From positions 46,686,001 through 46,750,000 of the forward strand of contig OZ024746.1 of the NCBI GenBank assembly GCA_964016885.1: 64,000 bases of DNA, read 5' to 3'. Position 1 is the stretch's first letter, and the number at the start of each line of letters is the position of its first letter. This document shows positions 1 through 13,315 of the stretch, one piece after another. The translations under genes and the position numbers were made by a program. The DNA comes from Eledone cirrhosa. Taxonomy: Eukaryota. The notes beneath the pieces were generated by a model, which worked only from the letters and a program-made list of their open reading frames with translations, was not told the DNA's origin and ran no database searches.

Positions 1-1337
<1,337 letters not shown>

Positions 1338-3705
1338 AATATAGACATAGAATATTCGAAAATATTCTGTATGTTTATAATAAACATTTTGAAGACCTAA
1401 TCGCTATAGAATAGAATACGTCACGTATTACAATTAGATTCTCGATAAAAGCAAGGGAAGTAATCTACGCGTTTCATTCTCGTTAGAAATCATCAGGACT
1501 ACATATCCAGTGCTTTTATCGAGAATGACACAGCTAGAGACTTATAGAATACTTAGCTGTGTACAGGAACTGGTTTGAAAGAGCGGTTGCCGGTCCGGCA
1601 GAAATTAGAAATTGGAATAAATGCTCTGAAATAGCGATATATATGTGAATATAGACATAGAATATTCGAAAATATTCTGTATGTTTATAATAAACATTTT
1701 GAAGACCTAATCGCTATAGAATAGAATACGTCACGTATTACAATTAGATTCTCGATAAAAGCAAGGGAAGTAATCTACGCGTTTCATTCTCGTTAGAAGT
1801 CATCAGGACTACATATCCAGTGCTTTTATCGAGAATGACACAGCTAGAGACTTATAGAATACTTAGCTGTGTACAGGAACTGGTTTGAAAGAGCGGTTGC
1901 CGGTCCGGCAGAAATTAGAAATTGGAATAAATGCTCTGAAATAGCGATATATATGTGAATATAGACATAGAATATTCGAAAATATTCTGTATGTTTATAA
2001 TAAACATTTTGAAGACCTAATCGCTATAGAATAGAATACGTCACGTATTACAATTAGATTCTCGATAAAAGCAAGGGAAGTAATCTACGTGTTTCATTCT
2101 CGTTAGAAATCATCAGGACTACATATCCAGTGCTTTTATCGAGAATGACACAGCTAGAGACTTATAGAATACTTAGCTGTGTACAGGAACTGGTTTGAAA
2201 GAGCGGTTGCCGGTCCGGCAGAAATTAGAAATTGGAATAAATGCTCTGAAATAGCGATATATATGTGAATATAGACATAGAATATTCGAAAATATTCTGT
2301 ATGTTTATAATAAACATTTTGAAGACCTAATCGCTATAGAATAGAATACGTCACGTATTACAATTAGATTCTCGATAAAAGCAAGGGAAGTAATCTACGC
2401 GTTTCATTCTCGTTAGAAATCATCAGGACTACATATCCAGTGCTTTTATCGAGAATGACACAGCTAGAGACTTATAGAATACTTAGCTGTGTACAGGAAC
2501 TGGTTTGAAAGAGCGGTTGCCGGTCCGGCAGAAATTAGAAATTGGAATAAATGCTCTGAAATAGCGATATATATGTGAATATAGACATAGAATATTCGAA
2601 AATATTCTGTATGTTTATAATAAACATTTTGAAGACCTAATCGCTATAGAATAGAATACGTCACGTATTACAATTAGATTCTCGATAAAAGCAAGGGAAG
2701 TAATCTACGCGTTTCATTCTCGTTAGAAGTCATCAGGACTACATATCCAGTGCTTTTATCGAGAATGACACAGCTAGAGACTTATAGAATACTTAGCTGT
2801 GTACAGGAACTGGTTTGAAAGAGCGGTTGCCGGTCCGGCAGAAATTAGAAATTGGAATAAATGCTCTGAAATAGCGATATATATGTGAATATAGACATAG
2901 AATATTCGAAAATATTCTGTATGTTTATAATAAACATTTTGAAGACCTAATCGCTATAGAATAGAATACGTCACGTATTACAATTAGATTCTCGATAAAA
3001 GCAAGGGAAGTAATCTACGTGTTTCATTCTCGTTAGAAATCATCAGGACTACATATCCAGTGCTTTTATCGAGAATGACACAGCTAGAGACTTATAGAAT
3101 ACTTAGCTGTGTACAGGAACTGGTTTGAAAGAGCGGTTGCCGGTCCGGCAGAAATTAGAAATTGGAATAAATGCTCTGAAATAGCGATATATATGTGAAT
3201 ATAGACATAGAATATTCGAAAATATTCTGTATGTTTATAATAAACATTTTGAAGACCTAATCGCTATAGAATAGAATACGTCACGTATTACAATTAGATT
3301 CTCGATAAAAGCAAGGGAAGTAATCTACGCGTTTCATTCTCGTTAGAAATCATCAGGACTACATATCCAGTGCTTTTATCGAGAATGACACAGCTAGAGA
3401 CTTATAGAATACTTAGCTGTGTACAGGAACTGGTTTGAAAGAGCGGTTGCCGGTCCGGCAGAAATTAGAAATTGGAATAAATGCTCTGAAATAGCGATAT
3501 ATATGTGAATATAGACATAGAATATTCGAAAATATTCTGTATGTTTATAATAAACATTTTGAAGACCTAATCGCTATAGAATAGAATACGTCACGTATTA
3601 CAATTAGATTCTCGATAAAAGCAAGGGAAGTAATCTACGCGTTTCATTCTCGTTAGAAATCATCAGGACTACATATCCAGTGCTTTTATCGAGAATGACA
3701 CAGCT
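1338..3705 (-). repeat. 310-bp tandem array, left block (~7.6 units, hammerhead sense on minus strand)
   Basis: TAAACATTTTGAAGACC recurs at 1381, 1691, 2001 etc.; reverse-complement HHR core CATCAGGACT at 1491, 1801, 2111, 2421, 2731, 3041, 3351, 3661. Confidence 0.97.
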
Positions 3706-6700
3706 TTTATCGAGAATCTAATTGTAATACGTGACGTATTCTATTCTATAGCGATTAGGTCTTCAAAATGTTTATTATAAACATACAGAATATTTTCGAA
3801 TATTCTATGTCTATATTCACATATATATCGCTATTTCAGAGCATTTATTCCAATTTCTAATTTCTGCCGGACCGGCAACCGCTCTTTCAAACCAGTTCCT
3901 GTACACAGCTAAGTATTCTATAAGTCTCTAGCTGTGTCATTCTCGATAAAAGCACTGGATATGTAGTCCTGATGATTTCTAACGAGAATGAAACGCGTAG
4001 ATTACTTCCCTTGCTTTTATCGAGAATCTAATTGTAATACGTGACGTATTCTATTCTATAGCGATTAGGTCTTCAAAATGTTTATTATAAACATACAGAA
4101 TATTTTCGAATATTCTATGTCTATATTCACATATATATCGCTATTTCAGAGCATTTATTCCAATTTCTAATTTCTGCCGGACCGGCAACCGCTCTTTCAA
4201 ACCAGTTCCTGTACACAGCTAAGTATTCTATAAGTCTCTAGCTGTGTCATTCTCGATAAAAGCACTGGATATGTAGTCCTGATGATTTCTAACGAGAATG
4301 AAACGCGTAGATTACTTCCCTTGCTTTTATCGAGAATCTAATTGTAATACGTGACGTATTCTATTCTATAGCGATTAGGTCTTCAAAATGTTTATTATAA
4401 ACATACAGAATATTTTCGAATATTCTATGTCTATATTCACATATATATCGCTATTTCAGAGCATTTATTCCAATTTCTAATTTCTGCCGGACCGGCAACC
4501 GCTCTTTCAAACCAGTTCCTGTACACAGCTAAGTATTCTATAAGTCTCTAGCTGTGTCATTCTCGATAAAAGCACTGGATATGTAGTCCTGATGATTTCT
4601 AACGAGAATGAAACGCGTAGATTACTTCCCTTGCTTTTATCGAGAATCTAATTGTAATACGTGACGTATTCTATTCTATAGCGATTAGGTCTTCAAAATG
4701 TTTATTATAAACATACAGAATATTTTCGAATATTCTATGTCTATATTCACATATATATCGCTATTTCAGAGCATTTATTCCAATTTCTAATTTCTGCCGG
4801 ACCGGCAACCGCTCTTTCAAACCAGTTCCTGTACACAGCTAAGTATTCTATAAGTCTCTAGCTGTGTCATTCTCGATAAAAGCACTGGATATGTAGTCCT
4901 GATGATTTCTAACGAGAATGAAACGCGTAGATTACTTCCCTTGCTTTTATCGAGAATCTAATTGTAATACGTGACGTATTCTATTCTATAGCGATTAGGT
5001 CTTCAAAATGTTTATTATAAACATACAGAATATTTTCGAATATTCTATGTCTATATTCACATATATATCGCTATTTCAGAGCATTTATTCCAATTTCTAA
5101 TTTCTGCCGGACCGGCAACCGCTCTTTCAAACCAGTTCCTGTACACAGCTAAGTATTCTATAAGTCTCTAGCTGTGTCATTCTCGATAAAAGCACTGGAT
5201 ATGTAGTCCTGATGATTTCTAACGAGAATGAAACGCGTAGATTACTTCCCTTGCTTTTATCGAGAATCTAATTGTAATACGTGACGTATTCTATTCTATA
5301 GCGATTAGGTCTTCAAAATGTTTATTATAAACATACAGAATATTTTCGAATATTCTATGTCTATATTCACATATATATCGCTATTTCAGAGCATTTATTC
5401 CAATTTCTAATTTCTGCCGGACCGGCAACCGCTCTTTCAAACCAGTTCCTGTACACAGCTAAGTATTCTATAAGTCTCTAGCTGTGTCATTCTCGATAAA
5501 AGCACTGGATATGTAGTCCTGATGATTTCTAACGAGAATGAAACGCGTAGATTACTTCCCTTGCTTTTATCGAGAATCTAATTGTAATACGTGACGTATT
5601 CTATTCTATAGCGATTAGGTCTTCAAAATGTTTATTATAAACATACAGAATATTTTCGAATATTCTATGTCTATATTCACATATATATCGCTATTTCAGA
5701 GCATTTATTCCAATTTCTAATTTCTGCCGGACCGGCAACCGCTCTTTCAAACCAGTTCCTGTACACAGCTAAGTATTCTATAAGTCTCTAGCTGTGTCAT
5801 TCTCGATAAAAGCACTGGATATGTAGTCCTGATGATTTCTAACGAGAATGAAACGCGTAGATTACTTCCCTTGCTTTTATCGAGAATCTAATTGTAATAC
5901 GTGACGTATTCTATTCTATAGCGATTAGGTCTTCAAAATGTTTATTATAAACATACAGAATATTTTCGAATATTCTATGTCTATATTCACATATATATCG
6001 CTATTTCAGAGCATTTATTCCAATTTCTAATTTCTGCCGGACCGGCAACCGCTCTTTCAAACCAGTTCCTGTACACAGCTAAGTATTCTATAAGTCTCTA
6101 GCTGTGTCATTCTCGATAAAAGCACTGGATATGTAGTCCTGATGATTTCTAACGAGAATGAAACGCGTAGATTACTTCCCTTGCTTTTATCGAGAATCTA
6201 ATTGTAATACGTGACGTATTCTATTCTATAGCGATTAGGTCTTCAAAATGTTTATTATAAACATACAGAATATTTTCGAATATTCTATGTCTATATTCAC
6301 ATATATATCGCTATTTCAGAGCATTTATTCCAATTTCTAATTTCTGCCGGACCGGCAACCGCTCTTTCAAACCAGTTCCTGTACACAGCTAAGTATTCTA
6401 TAAGTCTCTAGCTGTGTCATTCTCGATAAAAGCACTGGATATGTAGTCCTGATGATTTCTAACGAGAATGAAACGCGTAGATTACTTCCCTTGCTTTTAT
6501 CGAGAATCTAATTGTAATACGTGACGTATTCTATTCTATAGCGATTAGGTCTTCAAAATGTTTATTATAAACATACAGAATATTTTCGAATATTCTATGT
6601 CTATATTCACATATATATCGCTATTTCAGAGCATTTATTCCAATTTCTAATTTCTGCCGGACCGGCAACCGCTCTTTCAAACCAGTTCCTGTACACAGCT

Positions 6701-6960
6701 AAGTATTCTATAAGTCTCTAGCTGTGTCATTCTCGATAAAAGCACTGGATATGTAGTCCTGATGATTTCTAACGAGAATGAAACGCGTAGATTACTTCCC
6801 TTGCTTTTATCGAGAATCTAATTGTAATACGTGACGTATTCTATTCTATAGCGATTAGGTCTTCAAAATGTTTATTATAAACATACAGAATATTTTCGAA
6901 TATTCTATGTCTATATTCACATATATATCGCTATTTCAGAGCATTTATTCCAATTTCTAA
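3703..6960 (+). repeat. 310-bp tandem array, right block (~10.5 units, inverted relative to the left block)
   Basis: Reverse complement of the left-block unit; ATGTAGTCCTGATGA at 3961 + n*310 up to 6751 (10 copies). Confidence 0.97.
3957..4009 (+). ncRNA. Minimal type I hammerhead ribozyme (representative of 18 copies in the array)
   Basis: Stem I GUAGUC/GAUUAC, extended by GGA/UCC; core CUGAUGA 3969-3975; stem II UUCU-AACG-AGAA closed by U.U; GAAAC 3990-3994; palindromic helix III ACGCGU; GUA cleavage triplet ending at 3999. Confidence 0.88.
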
Positions 6961-8112
<1,152 letters not shown>

Positions 8113-8380
8113 TAGCGGCGATGAATTAGTTTTGCGAGGTTTTTTATATGAAATCGTGTGTCGAAACAGATATTGTTATATTTGGGGAGGGTCATATTTG
8201 CGTAATATTGCCAGAATTAATAACAGAACACACTCACTGTTTGGTTGGTTTTCGCTTCTCGCTGTCTTTTATATATATATATCTGCGATCTAACTTACTC
8301 GGTCCTCAATGTTGCCATTGACTGACCGGCGGTCAAAAATAATACAGATACAATATAGACAAACACATATATATATAGTT

Positions 8381-8425
8381 TACATAAATCTTTCGTTGCA
8401 CATCTGCAACATCGTCAGTGGTGTT
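8381..8425 (-). ncRNA. pLTR hammerhead-like motif (also 12285-12329 minus)
   Basis: CUGACGA-U-GUUGCA(GAUG)UGCAAC-GAAA-GAUU-UA; stem I is weak (CA/UG). Confidence 0.6.
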
Positions 8426-8688
8426 ATATTCATTGTTCCTCCTGTTGTGTTGTATGTCTACGCCATTTTTTTTGTTCAGTCTGTCTATATATTTATTTAT
8501 TTATTTGCTTGTTTGTTTATCTTATTTTATTTTGTCTTCTTTGCGCATGCGTTTGCGTGTGTGTATAGTGTTATGTGTGATGTGTGACTAGTGTGTAAAG
8601 TGTTGTCTGCTGGGTGACTAGTGTGTGTTTATGTGCTTGTGTATGTATTTATTTATCTTATTTTATTTAATTTAATTTACTTATTTAT

Positions 8689-11600
8689 TTATACTTCTCT
8701 TAGGTCAGTGTTGTTTGTTTGGGTGTTGTTGTTGTTCCACTCATTCTTTCTGTTTAGCTTTGGTCTTCTAATTTCTATTTCACTGGCCTCTCTGATTTGC
8801 CTATCTGCTGGGTCATTCCTATGTTTAGATATTATTCTAATTTCTATGTTGTCTATGTTACCGTCATGATGTTGTCTAGCATGTTCGTATAGTACTGACC
8901 CGTTTTTTCGTCCTTTTAGTTCCCCCCAGTGTTGGTCTATCCTTTCACCTATGCTACGAGCTGTCTCACCTATGTATGTTGTTGTCGTGTTTCTGCAAGT
9001 ACCCTCTGTACATCTTATGCTATAGACTACGTTTCTAGTTTTACAGTTTATCCGGGGGTTCACCTTACATATGATACATTTCCTATTGGTACAGTGGGTT
9101 TTCTTAAAAGGGTAGGTTTTGCTGATCAGGGATTTTATGGTGGTTCCTGGCTTTTCTACCACCTTTATTTTTAAGTGGGTCTTTCTCAGGGCCTTTCTAC
9201 ACTGGTTAGCTAATTTCCCTCCAGGGGTGGCGTCCACAAACATGACACTCTGATATCTCTGGTTGTCGTACCATGATGTGGCCTTCCCTATCTTATGTCT
9301 AGCCCTATCTAAGCTATTCCATGATTTGCTCCTGTATAGTGGACAAATTCCTTTCATGTCCAGTTCTATGAGGGTCTTATACTTTTCCATGGCTCCTTCG
9401 TATACTCTGACTCTGTCTCTTTGGTTGTAGCCAGAGAACTGCATGCGGTTGATGAAGTGTTGGATGTGTCCTTCCATTTCTGTTGGGTCGCACATGCTGG
9501 ACACATTCTTCATCACTCGTACCAAATCTGCGATCAGAATATTAAACTTAGCACTACTGGACATTGCTGAGTTTTTGAGTATCAGGTATTTGGAGGCCAT
9601 GGGTTTAGCATAGTGTGAGTGGAGAATTTGGGCTCTCTCGTCTATAGTGTTAATCCAGAGTTCTGTGTCTAATACGGGTAGTCTATTGTTAGGGTGTTTG
9701 GAAGGGAAGTCTATAGTTACAGTTATACTCTGGTGTATGGAATTAGCTATCTGCTGGATGCTTTCCATCGTGCTACGTTCTAAATCAAACTTGTTAGTGC
9801 TCTCTAGTGGGGGTGTTCTTATAACTATATTGATATCGTCTACATAACGAGAGTACATGATGAGGTCTATGGAGCTTTCATTAAGGAGATCTTTAAGTCT
9901 CCTTTCCCACCATACCATGAAAAGGTTGGCAACATCGCCAGCTATGCTGACGCCGATGGCTGCTCCCTCATTTTGGGTGTAGATTTTCTCATTGAACTTA
10001 AATATGTGGCCCTTTAGGGTAGTTTTGATACTAGCCCCTATTGCATGTGCGACCATTTTTCTTACCTGATCAGTGTTTTGGGGGGTCCGTATAGCTTTGG
10101 TCCACCCAATCCACCTTCCTATGGGAGTCTTTTTAGCCATTGAGGTTATGGTGGGGGGTCTACCTCTTATAGGTCTACTAGGGCAGAAACATCTAAGGTC
10201 ATGGCTGTCTAGGTAGTCAGTGTCGTAGGTAAGTCTAAGTAGGAGGCCCAGTTCGTCTGTGTCGACGTCGCAGAACTCCACCTCACTCTCAATGATCATC
10301 TCCACACATCTTTTCACAGCAAAATCAATGTTAATGGATGGGTACAGTGACACCACATCCATGCTGCCTATTATGCAGTTGGATAGGCTCCTGTTTTTGT
10401 TGCACTCACTGATTCTGCTGAGGAGGTCCTCTGTACTTTCACATACATCTGGGGACATCTTGATTATGGGGCGTATAACCATTGAGAGGAAGTAGGAGAT
10501 CCTGTAGTTGCTAGCTATATTAGCTCCGCATACAGGTCTTGTTGGTGGTCCTATTGTCGGGTCGTCGACTGTCTTGTGGTCTTTGCGGAGCCCATACAAG
10601 GGTGGTATGCCATTGTTAGACGCCTGGAAGTTGTTGGCAGTGCGTCTGCTTGGCTTTAGGATGTCAGTCCACATCATCATGTGAGCGTTGAGGATTTTTT
10701 CTCTCCCATCGTGTGTTAGTTGTGCAACTTCGCTCGTGTTGGTGATGTGGGGTTGCATTGCCTCGATGTAGTTCGGCATGCTATCTATTGACATCCTACC
10801 AGACTTATCTGTGGGTAGACACACTACCTCACCATCCCTTGTGCGCTGCTTGAGGCTAACCAAGCCTTCTACAGGTTTTATCCCAAGTTGTTGGGCCTCT
10901 GGTCTGCTCTGTCTCATAGTGTACCTGTCTACTACTTGTCTAATCTTATTTCTAGCTATGGTGAACTGTGCCTCCGTCTCGTCATCTATTTGTTGTGGTA
11001 TGCAAACTCTTTTATTGTTGTTACTGCTATTTCTACCATTGTGGTTGTTACTATTATTATGTTTCTTGTTTTTGTTGATGTTGCTACATGTACTATTTCC
11101 ATTATTACCACTGTGGTTATTGTTGTTGTTGTTGTTCGTATTGTTACCGTTATTACTACTGTGGTCACTGTTGCTGTGTCTGTGGTTAACGTTTCTATTA
11201 TTATTATTATTGTGGTTGTTGTTGTTCTGTCTATCGCTAGTATTATTACCATTATCACTATTTCTCACTTTCCTGCCATTGTTATGGTTATGGCTGTTAT
11301 TTCTATACCCAGAGTTATTGTTTATATTACTACTACCGTTATTATTGTTGTTGTTGTTTACCTTTGCATTCCAACGTATTTTTGTGAAACACTTTTCCAG
11401 CTCCGTTTTGCATTCCATAGGATTAATCTTTTTGTAGATGGCAAATTTTGGTGGTAACTTTAGGATTTGTTGTTCTTGTTCACTGATTAAAGTGTTCCCA
11501 TAGATATTTACTGTGTGGTCATTGGTAAATTCTTCCGGTAGTTTTACATCACTCATACGGATGTTGTCGATGTTATCTGGGTATTTTTGAGAATATTCGA

Positions 11601-12099
11601 TTTTCCTTTCTTGTAGTTTTTTCTTATTCATCCATTCTAATTTCTTCTTGAAATGCCTACAGCATTCGTTTTGAGCATATTTCGTTTCGCGTCGGATGAC
11701 GCTCATGAAGTCATCTCTCTCGTTTGCTGTGATGAGATTTCGGATTTCCTTACCGTTGATGCGTTTTTGTCTGTAGAGTGCGTTGACTTTTGTGTATGTT
11801 GTTCTTTTCATATTAACTGTTATTGTGTGTTTTAGCCGTTCAGCTTGTGTTTTGTTCAATAATAAATTATTTACTTGTTTTGATATGTTTGTTGTGTATG
11901 TTTTGGAGGAAACACAGTGTTTTAAGAAGCGGATTTGTTCTGTTGTTATTGTAGTTTTTATATAACAGAAAACAGTGTCTTTCAATAACCTTTCAGCTTG
12001 GCACAAGCTAATGCCATAGCGGCGATGAATTAGTTTTGCGAGGTTTTTTATATGAAATCGTGTGTCGAAACAGATATTGTTATATTTGGGGAGGGTCAT
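8689..12099 (-). CDS. Intact PLE polyprotein: N-terminal region with Asn-rich tract, reverse transcriptase, C-terminal GIY-YIG endonuclease (1136 aa); clade possibly Naiad/Nematis-like, uncertain
   Basis: RT motifs TDKSG, RPVCGA, SMDVVSLYPSI, QNEGAAIG, YSRYVDD, LPVLDTELW; GIY-YIG motifs NVVYSIRC...YIGETARS...E with upstream C/H residues. Confidence 0.95.
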   Translation of the reverse strand: MTLPKYNNICFDTRFHIKNLAKLIHRRYGISLCQAERLLKDTVFCYIKTTITTEQIRFLKHCVSSKTYTTNISKQVNNLLLNKTQAERLKHTITVNMKRTTYTKVNALYRQKRINGKEIRNLITANERDDFMSVIRRETKYAQNECCRHFKKKLEWMNKKKLQERKIEYSQKYPDNIDNIRMSDVKLPEEFTNDHTVNIYGNTLISEQEQQILKLPPKFAIYKKINPMECKTELEKCFTKIRWNAKVNNNNNNNGSSNINNNSGYRNNSHNHNNGRKVRNSDNGNNTSDRQNNNNHNNNNNRNVNHRHSNSDHSSNNGNNTNNNNNNNHSGNNGNSTCSNINKNKKHNNSNNHNGRNSSNNNKRVCIPQQIDDETEAQFTIARNKIRQVVDRYTMRQSRPEAQQLGIKPVEGLVSLKQRTRDGEVVCLPTDKSGRMSIDSMPNYIEAMQPHITNTSEVAQLTHDGREKILNAHMMMWTDILKPSRRTANNFQASNNGIPPLYGLRKDHKTVDDPTIGPPTRPVCGANIASNYRISYFLSMVIRPIIKMSPDVCESTEDLLSRISECNKNRSLSNCIIGSMDVVSLYPSINIDFAVKRCVEMIIESEVEFCDVDTDELGLLLRLTYDTDYLDSHDLRCFCPSRPIRGRPPTITSMAKKTPIGRWIGWTKAIRTPQNTDQVRKMVAHAIGASIKTTLKGHIFKFNEKIYTQNEGAAIGVSIAGDVANLFMVWWERRLKDLLNESSIDLIMYSRYVDDINIVIRTPPLESTNKFDLERSTMESIQQIANSIHQSITVTIDFPSKHPNNRLPVLDTELWINTIDERAQILHSHYAKPMASKYLILKNSAMSSSAKFNILIADLVRVMKNVSSMCDPTEMEGHIQHFINRMQFSGYNQRDRVRVYEGAMEKYKTLIELDMKGICPLYRSKSWNSLDRARHKIGKATSWYDNQRYQSVMFVDATPGGKLANQCRKALRKTHLKIKVVEKPGTTIKSLISKTYPFKKTHCTNRKCIICKVNPRINCKTRNVVYSIRCTEGTCRNTTTTYIGETARSIGERIDQHWGELKGRKNGSVLYEHARQHHDGNIDNIEIRIISKHRNDPADRQIREASEIEIRRPKLNRKNEWNNNNTQTNNTDLREV

Positions 12100-12592
12100 A
12101 TTTGCGTAATATTGCCAGAATTAATAACAGAACACACTCACTGTTTGGTTGGTTTTCGCTTCTCGCTGTCTTTTATATATATATATCTGCGATCTAACTT
12201 ACTCGGTCCTCAATGTTGCCATTGACTGACCGGCGGTCAAAAATAATACAGATACAATATAGACAAACACATATATATATAGTTTACATAAATCTTTCGT
12301 TGCACATCTGCAACATCGTCAGTGGTGTTATATTCATTGTTCCTCCTGTTGTGTTGTATGTCTACGCCATTTTTTTTGTTCAGTCTGTCTATATATTTAT
12401 TTATTTATTTGCTTGTTTGTTTATCTTATTTTATTTTGTCTTCTTTGCGCATGCGTTTGCGTGTGTGTATAGTGTTATGTGTGATGTGTGACTAGTGTGT
12501 ATAGTGTTGTCTGCTGGGTGACTAGTGTGTGTTTATGTGCTTGTGTATGTATTTATTTATCTTATTTTATTTAATTTAATTTACTTATTTAT

Positions 12593-13315
12593 TTATACTT
12601 CTCTTAGGTCAGTGTTGTTTGTTTGGGTGTTGTTGTTGTTCCACTCATTCTTTCTGTTTAGCTTTGGTCTTCTAATTTCTATTTCACTGGCCTCTCTGAT
12701 TTGCCTATCTGCTGGGTCATTCCTATGTTTAGATATTATTCTAATTTCTATGTTGTCTATGTTACCGTCATGATGTTGTCTAGCATGTTCGTATAGTACT
12801 GACCCGTTTTTTCGTCCTTTTAGTTCCCCCCAGTGTTGGTCTATCCTTTCACCTATGCTACGAGCTGTCTCACCTATGTATGTTGTTGTCGTGTTTCTGC
12901 AAGTACCCTCTGTACATCTTATGCTATAGACTACGTTTCTAGTTTTACAGTTTATCCGGGGGTTCACCTTACATATGATACATTTCCTATTGGTACAGTG
13001 GGTTTTCTTAAAAGGGTAGGTTTTGCTGATCAGGGATTTTATGGTGGTTCCTGGCTTTTCTACCACCTTTATTTTTAAGTGGGTCTTTCTCAGGGCCTTT
13101 CTACACTGGTTAGCTAATTTCCCTCCAGGGGTGGCGTCCACAAACATGACACTCTGATATCTCTGGTTGTCGTACCATGATGTGGCCTTCCCTATCTTAT
13201 GTCTAGCCCTATCTAAGCTATTCCATGATTTGCTCCTGTATAGTGGACAAATTCCTTTCATGTCCAGTTCTATGAGGGTCTTATACTTTTCCATGGCTCC
13301 TTCGTATACTCTGAC
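12593..13315 (-). pseudogene. 5'-truncated tandem copy of the PLE ORF 3' end (GIY-YIG)
   Basis: Translation matches the C-terminal 233 aa of 8689-12099. Confidence 0.93.

Noticed and set aside
1338-6960. CRISPR-like or rDNA/tRNA array
   Set aside because: Units are identical end to end with no unique spacers, no cas genes are present, and no 5S or tRNA features are recognisable
10778-11457. Leu- and Val-rich plus-strand ORFs that look like membrane proteins
   Set aside because: Antisense reading of the Asn-rich tract of the PLE ORF
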